A stretch of 64,000 bases of DNA from Eledone cirrhosa (taxonomy: Eukaryota). The notes below the pieces were generated by a model, which had not been told where the DNA came from, ran no database searches, and worked only from the letters and a program-made list of their open reading frames with translations. Within the stretch, counting starts at the first letter, position 1. Each line of letters starts with the position of its first letter. Below, in pieces: positions 39,337 through 52,388 of the stretch. Position numbers and translations under genes: made by a program. The stretch is from contig OZ024757.1 in NCBI GenBank assembly GCA_964016885.1, forward strand, positions 18,600,001-18,664,000. Reading direction: 5' to 3'.

Positions 39337-40168
39337 ATGGAGGTTCTACCTTATTTCAAAGCTGATAGTGAACCTGTGGCTTTTGTGTGGTACTTGCTTG
39401 AAACTAGTGGGGATGAGCCGAAATGTAGAGTAGGTCATAGTGCATACGTAGTCAAACGAAACAATGCAGAGGCACCAAACGATAATGGACAGCTTTATCT
39501 AATTGGAGGTGCTAATCCGGATAATACGTTCTCTGATAATCCAATTCTGGACTTGAACTCTTGGCAATGGAGTTACAAAGAGTTCAGTGGATTCGTGCCA
39601 CGCTACGAACAGTCGCTGTTCTCCATCCGGAATGAACCCAGATCCATTTATATCTTCGGTGGAGCAAACCAAACAGACACCCTAAACAACATCCAGTACT
39701 TGGACACGAATGCCAGAAAATGGCTGATGCTGACCCCTGGAGGGGACATCCCGGCAGCCAGGACCCATCACTCAACCACTTCGGTTGACGATCACTTTGT
39801 CGTGTTTGGGGGTGGAGCGCAAGGCACAAGCCCGGTGATGGATGCCAAAGTACACTGCTTCTGTGTGTCCACATCAACATGGTCAACGCTGGACATCAGT
39901 GGACCAGCACCAAAAGCTCGCCTTGGCCATATCTCGGTTGGTATAGGCCAGAAGGTCTATATTCATGGTGGTCTGTGTGAGGATGAGTTTTTTGATGATG
40001 TCCATGTGTTGGACATGGAAACGGAGTCATGGCAACAGCTGGAACTATCTGGACAACGTCCATCTGCTCGAGCAGCTCACGGTGCTGTTGCCAATGGTGA
40101 TATCATCTACATCTTCGGAGGAATGTCTGTAGATGGCGCTCTTAATGACTTTTACCAATTGGATACAG
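39337..40168 (+). CDS. RABEPK: Rab9 effector protein with kelch motifs, coding exon 1
   Basis: WY.L...GD.P..RVGHS, IGGANPD..FSD, PRYE, IFGGANQ, RT.H, VFGGG..G..PV.D.K.H.F, IHGGL....F.DD.H and YIFGGM...GAL match RABEPK/p40; donor ACAG|GTGATT after 40168 (phase 1). Confidence 0.88.
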
Positions 40169-40199
40169 GTGATTGGTTATTTCTTTCTCTGTTACTGCA

Positions 40200-41390
40200 T
40201 CACCACCACTACCTTACTACAACCTATACCACCACTACCATACTACAGCCTATTCCACCACCGCTACCTTACTACAACCACTACCATACTACAACCTATT
40301 CCACTACTACCATACTACAGCCTATACCACCACCACTACCATACTACAGTCTATACTACCACCACTACCATACTACAGCCTATACCACCACTACCATACT
40401 ACAGCCTATACCACCACCGCTACCTTACTACAACCACTACCATACTACAACCTATTCCACTACTACCATACTACAGCCTATACCACCACCACTACCATAC
40501 TACAGTCTATACTACCACCACTACCATACTACAGCCTATACCACCACTACCATACTACAGCCTATACCACCACTACCATACTACAGCCTATACCACCACC
40601 GCTACCTTACTACAACCACTACCATACTACAACCTATTCCACTACTACCATACTACAGCCTATACCACCACCACTACCATACTACAGTCTATACTACCAC
40701 CACTACCATACTACAGCCTATACCACTACTACCATACTACATTCTATACCACCACCACTACCATACTACAGCTTATACCACCACCACTACCATACTACAG
40801 CCTATACCACCACCACTACCATACTACAGTCTATACTACCACCACTACCATACTACAGCCTATACCACCACTACCATACTACAGCCTATACCACCACCAC
40901 CATACTACAGCCTATACCACTACTACCATACTACAGTCTATACCACCACTACCATACTACAGCCTATACCACTACTACCATACTACAGTCTATACCACCA
41001 CCACTACCTTATTACAACTTATACCACCAATACCATACTACAGCCTATACCACCGCCACTACCATACTACAACCTATTCCACCACTACCATACTACAACC
41101 TATTCCACCACTACCATACTACAGCCTATACCACCACCACTACCATACTACAGTCTATACCACCACCACTACCATACTACAGCCTATACCACTACTACCA
41201 TACTACAGTCTATACCATTACTACCATACTACAGTCTATACCACTACTACCATACTACAGTCTATACCACCACCACTACCTTACTACAACCTATACCACC
41301 ACTACCATACTACAGCCTATACCACTACTACCATACTACAGCCTATACCACCACCACTACCACCATACTGTAGCCTATACCACCACATAG
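40200..41390. repeat. Intronic minisatellite (ACCACTACCATACTACAGCCTATACC-like, ~27-30 bp units)
   Basis: Visible directly; it is open in all three plus-strand frames and produces the artefactual 678-aa ORF. Confidence 0.95.
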
Positions 41391-41829
41391 TGTTGTTTTG
41401 TACTAAATGTTTATAGTATCTTTACTAGTTGACAGATTATTGTGAAAATTTACAGCATTACAGTAAAGACTTCAATATTTAATGTGATGTAGTCATAGTA
41501 CTGTTTTGTACTAAATGTTTATAGTATCTTAGGGGACAGATCATTATGAAAACAGTCATAGTGCTGTTTTGTACTTTTCAAGAATGTCTTGTTAATGCAG
41601 TTTTGTGTAGTTTGTTAATTTAAATGTTTATAGTATCTTTACTAGTGAACAGTTTATTGTGACAATTTACAGTATTAGCCATAATAATGTTTTATACTTG
41701 TCAATAATGGCTTGTTAATGTGGTGTCATGTAGGACAGGACATTAAGAGTTAAATTTACCTTAAGGTTTTTTAATATATAATAAGTTGTACATGTGTGTT
41801 TATTTATTTATTTTATATATTTCTACTAG

Positions 41830-42018
41830 TTTCTCTGACTTCCACACGAATTGCTGTTGATGCACCAGCCCCAAGCCCTCGGCTAGACTTTGCCATGACG
41901 ATCACTGAAATATCTTTAGCTCAGCTACGATCACAACGAAAATCCTGCTCAGATGATAATTTGGAACCCTTGGCAGACCCTGAGCAAAGCGCGGAGTCAG
42001 ACCTTCAGCCTTCTAATG
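41830..42018 (+). CDS. RABEPK: RABEPK coding exon 2
   Basis: Acceptor TTCTACTAG|; VSLTSTRIAVDAPAPSPRLDFAMT (compare PPGRLDHSM in RABEPK); 189 nt, phase 1/1; donor AATG|GTAATG. Confidence 0.8.
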
Positions 42019-42234
42019 GTAATGTCCCCTCTTTTTCTCACTGTTGTTACAGTTCAAACCTGGGTTTAACTGACCTCTCTATGATGTTATATCTCATAAG
42101 AGGTTTCTTGGATGTTTTAATGATAATAGTTTCTAGTTTAAGAACAAAACTATTTTGTGTGTGTAAGAGGAGAGTGGTGTAAGAGGAGAGTGGCGTGAGA
42201 GGGGAGTGGCGTAACAGGGGAGTGGCGTAACTAA

Positions 42235-43265
42235 TCCGTAATTTCCATCAATTTTGTTCGCCCTGCACTTTCTCATGCACCTGTTGTCTTTCATGCACAT
42301 CACATGACCATACCAACGTAATCTCCTCTCAAGTAAACACCATCTGATCCCTCTTATTCCTAATTTCTCACTCAGTTTATTTATGTTTTGCCGTTCGCGT
42401 ATATTACTATTAAACATCCAACGGAGCATACATGCTTCGTTCCATTCTGCGCAGGTCCTCTGCACGCAATGCCCATGTCTCACTGGCATGTAGCATTGCT
42501 ATAATAATAGTGAAATTATTGTGTACAGTGCTCAGGTGCACTACAACTCATCAAAGATGCATGTATAGTACATAGAATAATGTACAAATGTCAGGAAAAT
42601 GAACAGTGTATGAGTCATGATATAATAATAATAGCAATAATGAAATATTGTGTACAGTGCCCAGGTGCACCACAACTCATCAAAAAAGTGCATGTACAGT
42701 ACATAGGGCAATGCACAAACATCAGTAAAATGAACAGTGCACGAGTCATGATACACACATGTGTGCATGTGTATGGAAGGGGTACATCAGGTGTAGTGCT
42801 GTTTGTATACAAGCATCATACAATCATTTTTAGAGCGAAACTTTTTGTGGCCCACAGCGGTATAAGCTTTCTGAACTTTTTCCATCCTGTTCTAACTCTG
42901 GCTACTGTACTTTCAGAGCACCCTCCACCACTGATTTTGTCACCCAGGTAACGGAAAGTGTCTACTATTTCTATAGAACCATCTTGGCAGTGAAGGAGAT
43001 AGCATCCAGTGGGCACTTGCGACTTACTGCACCTTAGCATCGGCCACATATAAAATCTACATTCTTAGATAGCTTGCCTGTGATCCCACTACATTTTTTA
43101 TGTACCTATAGTTTGCATTTGGGGCATTGAATGGATTTTCTACCTACTTTTTTCCGACACACTGAGCATGGCCATTTTCCTTTTTACATACTAGAACTTT
43201 AGTCTTATACAAGTTAACTTTAAGGCCTTTTGATTCTGGGCCATGCTTCCATGTTTTGAATTTTT
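42235..43265 (-). mobile_element. Intronic RTE fragments interrupted by a duplicated insert (42500-42810)
   Basis: RRLRWYGHVM, FRYLGDKISGGG..ARVRTGWKKFR, KGLKVNL.KTKVL. Confidence 0.8.
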
Positions 43266-43294
43266 TTTTATATATATATATTATATTATTATTG

Positions 43295-43600
43295 TTATTC
43301 CCGCCGAGGTTAACTTTGCCTTTCATCCTTACGGGGTCGATAAAATAAAGTACCAGTAATGTACTGGGATAATTGCTGGCCTTGTGCCAAAAAGTAGAAA
43401 CAATTATTGTTATTATTATTATTATCGGTAGAGGGTCGGACGCCATGCTTTCCAGCATAGAGTTACGTCCCTTTACGATCTGAGTTCAAATCCCGTCGAG
43501 GTTGACTTTGCCTTTCATCCTTACGGGGTCGATAAAATAAAGTACCAGTAATGCACTGGGTAATTACTGGCCTTGTGCCTAAAGTAGAAACAATTATTAT
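43295..43600 (+). mobile_element. Two SINE A copies in tandem
   Basis: The core appears twice, separated by (ATT)n. Confidence 0.85.
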
Positions 43601-43754
43601 TTTTTATTTTATTTTATTTTATTTTATTTTTCGTGCAATGGCCATACTCGATAACGAGGGGGCAGCCATTAAATATATATACACACTGTATGTAGAGAGA
43701 CAACAGGTGTATATTCAGAATTTGTCACACTAATACACTTGTATAATATTGCAG

Positions 43755-44160
43755 AAGTACTACTACTACTACTACCTCTACTACCACAATTACCACCAAT
43801 ACCACTACTACCCCCACCACCACCAATACCACTACTACCCCCACCACCACCAATACCACTGTCACCATTACCACCACCACTACTACTACTACTACCACTA
43901 TCACTATCACCACTACCACCACCACCTCTACTACTACTAGCACTACTACCACTACCACCACTACTACTACTACCACCACCATTACCACTACTACTACCAC
44001 CAGTACTACCACCACTACCACTACTTACCACCGCCCCTACCACTACTACTGCTACTACTACCACCATTACCACCGCCACCACTACTACCACCACCACCAC
44101 CACCACCACCACCACCACTACCACTACCAGTACAACCACTACTACTACCACCACTACTAT
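43755..44160. repeat. (ACC/ACT)n tract
   Basis: Visible directly. Confidence 0.95.
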
Positions 44161-44211
44161 AATGTGTCATCTCCAAGTTGTTTTCATCTGACTCTCTTTC
44201 TTTAATTGCAG

Positions 44212-44330
44212 GCTGTGAAGCGGAAGCTGAGTGTAGTCCAAGTGAGACATACACAGTTTGTCTCATCCATGGTGGTATGGACACTGAGGGTGGAATCTTT
44301 AACGACACCCTTCTTATCTTTCTTTCTTGA
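44212..44330 (+). CDS. RABEPK: RABEPK coding exon 3 (with stop)
   Basis: Acceptor TTTAATTGCAG|; GCEAEAECSPSETYTVCLIHGGMDTEGGIFNDTLLIFLS* (compare CLVFGGMNTEGEIYDD). Total CDS is 832+189+119=1140 nt, 379 aa. Confidence 0.85.
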
Positions 44331-44967
44331 ACTATTTCACACAATTTCCCATTCTTCACTCGAACAAATATTTTTGTCTTTTATACCTTCGACTATTCTT
44401 CTTAACTCCTCTATTTGATGTCCCAACCTTTGGCAATGCTATCTCCTAAGCCCTACCAATATATATATATATATATACCCCCCCATCTCCTAATAAAGTC
44501 CTGAATCCCCAACAAAACAGTTCCCTACACTCACACAAATGTAGCCCCTATAACTCCACTATCCTTTATATTCAGCTCTATAGTTCCTTAAACTCCCACC
44601 AGCCTCATACTCCTTAATAAAGTCCTGAATCCCCAACAAAACAGTTCCCTAAACTCACACAAATGTAGCCCCTATAACTCCACCATCCTATGTCCTGATC
44701 TCAAATAGTATAGTTCCTTAAAATACCCCCAATGCAGCCCCAATAACTCCACTATTACATGTCTGAATCTCCAACAGTATAGTTCCCTAAACACCACCAA
44801 TAATGACCCCTAAATTTCATCATTCTATGCCCTAATCAGATCAATTTTTTACCCTCTTTTAATATTTCCCGAGTATGTGGGACTACATGTTTGAACATGT
44901 GTGTATTTATGTGCATTTTAGGGAGTTCTTTTCATTATCAATTCACAAGAATCCCTTTTATTAGCAT

Positions 44968-45225
44968 CTTCGTCTTAATACTTCACTTTTAACTAGATCT
45001 TAGTCTTAATACTTCACTTTTAACTAGATCTTCGTCTTAATACTTCACTTTTAACTAGATCTTCATCTTAATACTTCACTTTTAACTAGATCTTCGTCTT
45101 AATACTTCACTATTAACTAGATCTTAGTCTTAATACTTCACTATTAACTAGATCTTAGTCTTAATACTTCACTTTTAGCTAGATCTTAGTCTTAATACTT
45201 CACTATTAACTAGATCTTAATCTTA
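44968..45225. repeat. 31-bp minisatellite (AGATCTT.GTCTTAATACTTCACT.TTAACT), ~8 copies
   Basis: Visible directly. Confidence 0.9.
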
Positions 45226-45749
45226 ACTGTACCTTAATCTTAAAACTTCAGTGTTAACTAAACCTCAGTCTTAATACTTAACTTGATTCCCACAGTCATT
45301 GAATATCATAGTTTTTATAAAACTTACTTTTCTGTCTGTAACTGTCATATAATGGATTCTCTATTAATCCACATCTGTTGGTCTGTTAATTCACGTCTGT
45401 TGCTCAACAAATCCACATCTGTTGGTCTGTTAATTCACATCTGTTGTTCAACAAATCCACATCTGTTGGTCTGTTAATTCACATCTGTTGTTCAACAAAT
45501 CCACATCTGTTGGTCTGTTAATTCACAACGGATGCTCAACAGACATCTTAACCTACTCACAGATTAGTTATACCAAATAAATACCAACAGGGGGTAGTAA
45601 TGTTTCCCACCACTACCATCACCCATACAACACCCCCCTCCCTATATCACTGCAATTGATCAAATATCATAAACATATCTTCTTCCCCGTCCTCACTCAA
45701 AAACTATTGTAACATCTTATTTTTTACCTATTAAATGATACATCCCCGT

Positions 45750-47412
45750 GTTGAGTACCACAACACATACTGTACACTACACTATGCCACAACATACACT
45801 GTACACTACACTATACCACAACATACACTGTACACTACACTATACCACAACATACACTGTACACTACACTATACCACAACATACACTGTATACTACACTA
45901 TACCACAACATATACTGTACACTACACTATACCACAACATACACTGTACACTACACTATACCACAACATACACTGTACACTACACTATACCACAACACAT
46001 ACTGTACACTACACTATACCACAACATACACTGTACACTACACTATACCACAACACATACTGTACACTACACTATACCACAACATATACTGTACACTACA
46101 CTATACCACAACATATACTGTACACTACACTATACCACAACATATACTGTACACTACACTATACTACAACATATACTGTACACTATACCACAACATATAC
46201 TATACACAACATATACTGTACACTACACTATAACACAACATATACTGTACACTACACTATAACACAACATATACTGTACACTACACTATACCACAATATA
46301 CACTGTACACTACACTATACCACAACATACACTGTACACTACACTATACCACAACACATACTGTACACTACACTATACCACAACATATACTGTACACTAC
46401 ACTATACCACAACATACACTGTACACTACACTATACCACAACATACACTGTACACTACACTATACCACAACATACACTGTACACTACACTATACCACAAC
46501 ACATACTGTACACTACACTATACCACAACATATACTGTACACTACACTATACCACAACATATACTGTACACTACACTATACCACAACATATACTGTACAC
46601 TACACTATACCACAACATATACTGTACACTACACTATACCACAACATATACTGTACACTACACTATACTACAACATGTACTGTACACTACACCACAACAT
46701 GTACTGTACACTACACTATACCACAACATATACTGTACACTACACTATAACACATACTGTACACTACACTACACTACAACATATACTGTACACTATACCA
46801 CAACATATACTATACACAACATATACTGTACACTACACTATGCCACAACATATACTGTACACTACACTATGCCACAACATATACTGTACACTACACTATA
46901 CCACAACATATACTGTACACTACACTATACCACAGCATATACTGTACACTACACTATAACACAACATATACTGTACACTACACTATGCCACAACATATAC
47001 TGTACACTACACTATACCACAACATATACTGTACACTACACTATAACACATACTGTACACTACACTACACTACAACATATACTGTACACTATACCACAAC
47101 ATATACTATACACAACATATACTGTACACTACACTATGCCACAACATATACTGTACACTACACTATGCCACAACATATACTGTACACTACACTATACCAC
47201 AACATATACTGTACACTACACTATACCACAACATATACTGTACACTACACTATACCACAACATATACTGTACACTACACTATAACACAACATATACTGTA
47301 CACTACACTATGCCACAACATATACTGTACACTACACTATACCACAACATATACTGTACACTACACTATACCACCACATATACTATACACTACACTATAC
47401 CACAACATATAC
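45750..47412. repeat. 29-bp minisatellite (TACTGTACACTACACTATACCACAACATA)
   Basis: Visible directly; over 50 copies. Confidence 0.95.
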
Positions 47413-47544
47413 TATCATTGCTGGCCTTGTGCCATTATTAACAGTAACCAAGAGGTATTTTTGCTCCTCTTTCTTCTGAATTCAAATCCAGCAGTTGATC
47501 TTTGTTACCCCAGCACATTTATTTCAAAACAAAAAAATACTTTT

Positions 47545-48680
47545 CAACTAGTATATATATCAACTAGTATATATATCAACTAGTATATATATCAACTAGT
47601 ATATATATCAACTGGTATATATATATCAACTAGTATATATATATCAACTAGTATATATATCAACTGGTATATATATATCAACTAGTATATATATATCAAC
47701 TAGTATATATATCAACTAGTATATATATATCAACTAGTATATATATATATCAACTATTATATATATCAACTAGTATATATATATCAACTAGTATATATAT
47801 CAACTAGTATATATATCAACTGGTATATATATATCAACTAGTATATATATCAACTGGTATATATATATCAACTAGTATATATATATCAACTATTATATAT
47901 ATCAACTAGTATATATATATCAACTAGTATATATATATCAACTAGTATATATATATCAACTAGTATATATATATCAACTAGTATATATATATCAACTAGT
48001 ATATATATATCAACTAGTATATATATATCAACTAGTATATATATATCAACTAGTATATATATATATCAACTAGTATATATATATATCAACTAGTATATAT
48101 ATATCAACTAGTATATATATCAACTGGTATATATATCAACTAGTATATATATCAACTAGTATATATATATATCAACTAGTATATATATCAACTAGTATAT
48201 ATATATATCAACTAGTATATATATACCAACTAGTATATATATATATCAACTAGTATATATATATCAACTAGTATATATATATATATCAACTAGTATATAT
48301 ATATCAACTAGTATATATATATCAACTAGTATATATATATATATATCAACTAGTATATATATATATATATATCAACTAGTATATATATATCAACTAGTAT
48401 ATATATATATATATATCAACTAGTATATATATATATCAACTAGTAACTATATATCAACTAGTATATATATATCAACTAGTATATATACCAACTGGTATAT
48501 ATATATCAACTAGTATATATATCCTGTCTTCCCTCTATACAAATGGCACTGCCCCAGACTAGTATATATATATATATATCCTGTCCTTCCTCTATACAAA
48601 TGGCACTGCCCCAGACTAGTATATATATATATATATATATATCCTGTCCTTCCTCTATACAAATGGCACTGCCCCAGCAT
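47545..48680. repeat. TCAACTAG(TA)n variable-spacer satellite followed by 3 copies of a ~55-bp unit
   Basis: Visible directly. Confidence 0.9.
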
Positions 48681-48814
48681 GACTGCAGCTTATGGCTTTG
48701 GAAACAGTTGAAAGAACATGAACAACCTTTGTAAAAAGAAAACCCATTTTTTTATAAACCTAAACCAATCCAGTTGGTGGCCATCTAGAGATATTGTTCA
48801 TTATTTTACAATCA

Positions 48815-50560
48815 AGGGCGGGTGATTGGCAGTATAGGTACGTCCCTTTATGATCTGAGTTCAAATCCCGCTGAGGTTAACTTTGCCTTTCATCCTTACG
48901 GGGTCGATAAAATAAAGTACCAGTAATGTACTGGGTAATTGCTGGCCTTTTTCCAAATGTAGAAACAATTATTTTACAATCTTCAATAGAAAACCACATT
49001 GTGTATAAAATAATTAAATGTTTTGTTACAGCTTTTATTGAATTTTTGTGTGTTTTATATATATATTTATATATGCATGTGCGTTTCTTATATATATTTA
49101 TATATTCACACACACATATGTATATGTATATTTAATTTGATACATATATATCTATATATATGCACACATATATATATATGTATATTTAATTTGATACATA
49201 TATATTTATATATATGCACACACACACACATATATATGTATATTTAATTTGATACATATATATTTATATATATGCACACACACATATATATATGTATATT
49301 TAATTTGATACATATATATTTATATATATGCACACACACACATATATATGTGTATATTTAATTTGATACATATATATTTATATATATGCACACACACACA
49401 TATATATATGTATATTTAATTTGATACATATATATTTATATATATGCACACACATATATATATCATCATCATCATCATCATCGTTTAACGTCCATGTTCC
49501 ACGCTTGCATGGGTTTGGACGGGAGTTTTCCCACTTGAGGCAAGAGTGGTTGTCTTGCTCGCATAGGACTGTCTGGCGGGTTTTCTACAGTTGGATGCCC
49601 TTCCTAACACCAACCACATTTACATATGTATATTTAATTTGATACATATATATTTATATATAAGGAACGATCGACTTTGTTGTCAAATCGGACCGAGGGA
49701 ACAATGTTTCCGTTGGTCTTTCCAATTGCTAATACTATCTATCGGTCGCAACTCCAGGTAGAAGGAGCAACGTGAAATAAAGTGTCTTGCTCAAGGACAT
49801 AACGCATCGCCTGGTCCAGGAATCGAACTCACAACCTTACGATTGCGAATACAATTCTCTAACCACTCAGCCGCACGCCTTCACTATATTTATATATATG
49901 CACACATATATATATGTATATTTAATTTGATACATATATATTTATATATTCACACACACATATGTATATGTGCATGTGTTTTTTATATATACTTATATAT
50001 AAGCAGGTGTGGCGAGCCGCATATATTCTAGCCATTAGAAAAAGCAAAGTGAAAGCTTCATCTTTGAGAGAGAGAGATGATTCAAGGATATATGTGTGTG
50101 TGTTATTGACCGACATGAGAACAAGTTCTCGATACTGAAGTAGAGTTTAAATACATTTATTATGGCTAAGTAGTGAGTCTCGTTACTCTGGAGTTTCACC
50201 TGCACGCTCACAATTTCATATGAACAGATGATTCTGTGAGCCTGCAGATGAAACTCCAGAGTAACAAGACTTACTACTTAGCCATAATAAATGAACATTA
50301 TCGACTTTGCCTTTCATCCTTACGGGGTCGATAAAATAAAGTACCAGTAATGTACTGGATAATTGCTGGCCTTGTGCCTAAAGTAGAAACAATTATCTGT
50401 CTAAATGTGGTTGGTGTTAGGAAGGGCATCCAACTGTAGAAAACCTGCCAGACAGTCCTATGCGAGCAAGACAATCACTCTTGCCTCAAGTGGGACTACC
50501 CCCGTCCAAACCCATGCAAGCGTGGAACACGGACGTTAAACGTTGATGATGATGATGATA
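48815..50560. mobile_element. Cluster of SINE A (48815-48972, 50300-50395), family B (49463-49625 -, 50400-50560 +) and SINE C (49662-49880 -) in TA/CA-rich repeats
   Basis: Family motifs; the SINE C and family B copies are near-identical to those at 37561 and 38280. Confidence 0.8.
50154..50293. repeat. Long imperfect inverted repeat (~58-bp arms, 4 mismatches)
   Basis: CATTTATTATGGCTAAGTAGT...GCTCACA / TGTGAGC...ACTACTTAGCCATAATAAATG. Confidence 0.85.
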
Positions 50561-50784
50561 TCCCAGTGCATTATCTATCTATATATCTATATATAGTAGA
50601 GAGTTGGGACCCAACGGCTGAGCTCTTGCCATTTCAACAGCTAGTTCCAAACTGGAATTAGCTCTTGAAGCGGCAAAAGGTCAGTCGTTCGGTCCCAACT
50701 CTATATAATATAACCATACTCTACTACCCCAAGTATTGAGTACTCTGTTGAGTAAAGGTCTAACCAGTTTTAAAATGGTTCTAT

Positions 50785-50814
<30 letters not shown>

Positions 50815-50820
<6 letters not shown>

Positions 50821-51821
50821 TATATAAATTGGAAGTGGTCGGACGTTGTATATGTAGGTGTAGTCGGATAAACGTCGAAACGGCTTGGTGGAATGCAGCG
50901 AAAATTTACATAGTTATGCAGAATGACCCGAGGAGGCGTTGGGTCGACTTTCAAGCTACAAGCTTCCATGGTTACGGAGAAAATCGATGAAACAGGAATT
51001 TCCCATTCAAATTGAACTGAGAGTAATCTGTGAACTCAGAAGTAAATATTTCGAGAAACGTTGCAACCGAACGAAAACAGGAAGACGATATTTTGGTTCG
51101 TGAAGACGTTCCCTGGCAATGAACGGGAAAAAAGTGAGGATAATACGTCATTATGTGGAGCGAGAAGAACAATTTCATGCAAAGACAAGACCAAGTTTAT
51201 GGTATAAATGGAGTCGTTAGACTAATATTCTATTTAACATAACAGAATGATGTAAATAAAATTGAAAACGAAAATGACAGGTTATTAAAATAGTAAAAGT
51301 AAATAGTGAAGATTTAGGCCAGTACATACGTATGCCCTGAAGAACATACACACACACAAATACATACACAAACACAAACGCGCGCGCGCGTATGTATAAA
51401 CCTTATACATTTTTACAGTATTTTCACCAAACTTAAGACATAGGTTACTTATGTACTCCGGATGGTCATGGGCACTTTTCCAGATATTGATTATAGGGCC
51501 TACCGGCAGATAACCCCCTTTAACCACTTCCTTGGAGTCGACTGAAGCACTGCAGTGCAATGCAACAAAACGTCATAACTTCTGGAGTTCGCAACCGATT
51601 TTCACAAAACCTGACACATGGGCTACATTTGTTCTACAGATGAATGTGAACTCTCAGAATTGGCACATATTGAGTAGGGAACCCCTGGGAGCAGGAACCC
51701 CCTTTTGGAAAAAGCCGATGATTTTGTAAAAGTATAGTTTTCAAAGCAGCACTGAAGTATTGACATAAATGGTATACACAACTGCTATTTAATACCCAAG
51801 CAACGCCGGTTACCTCTGCTA

Positions 51822-51822
<1 letters not shown>
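50815..51822 (+). mobile_element. Non-autonomous Helitron-like element
   Basis: 3' terminus CCCAAGCAACGCCGGTTACCTCTGCTAG|T; internal CCGATTTTCACAAAAC / TTTTCACCAAACTT motifs; 5' end approximate (TATACTATATAAA). Confidence 0.6.
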
Positions 51823-51878
<56 letters not shown>

Positions 51879-51880
51879 AG

Positions 51881-52219
51881 TATGTTATTCGAAGTCTACG
51901 ACAATGCAGAATGGACGGTAGGTTTTGGAATAAATTGAAGGCAATGAAGAGGTTGGTGTGACACTTTTTATTTTATTTCCTGTCTTAATATTTCGGGATG
52001 AGAATCCCTTCATCAGAAGATTATAAGAAACTAGTTCGAAGGTATGTGTTTTTGTTATAGGCATGCTATCTTACTTTTTATAAGAACAAAAACATACCTT
52101 CAAACCAGTTTCTTATAATCTTCTGCTGAAGGGTTTTTGATCCCGTAATATTAAGACAGGAAATAAAATAAAAAGGTGACACACCGACCTCTTCATTGTC
52201 ATAGCCTTCGAATAACATA
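51881..52219. mobile_element. Inverted pair of Penelope-like terminal repeats; left arm carries an intact minimal hammerhead (51983-52020, -)
   Basis: Inverted arms of ~115 bp. The minus strand reads TCTT-CTGATGA-A-GGGAT(TCTC)ATCCC-GAAA-TA-TT-AAGA then AATAAA; the right arm has mutated CTGCTGA/GTAA. Confidence 0.65.
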
Positions 52220-52388
52220 TTTTATATACTAACACAATGGCTTCAATCAAACTACAACAAACTCTTATATATATGAGAGAGAGAGAGAGTACTTGTGTGT
52301 AAGGTTTAGTTTACTATTGGTTCACTAGTTTGAGCAGTCAATGGCAATATTGGTCTGACTGGTATTACATCGTTGTAGATATACTTAA

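Noticed and set aside
40169-41416. 678-aa kelch ORF with a long Y/H/T/P-rich tail, and overlapping 405-427 aa ORFs
   Set aside because: The tail is read-through into an intronic minisatellite; the true RABEPK C-terminus is found in phase-compatible exons at 41830 and 44212.
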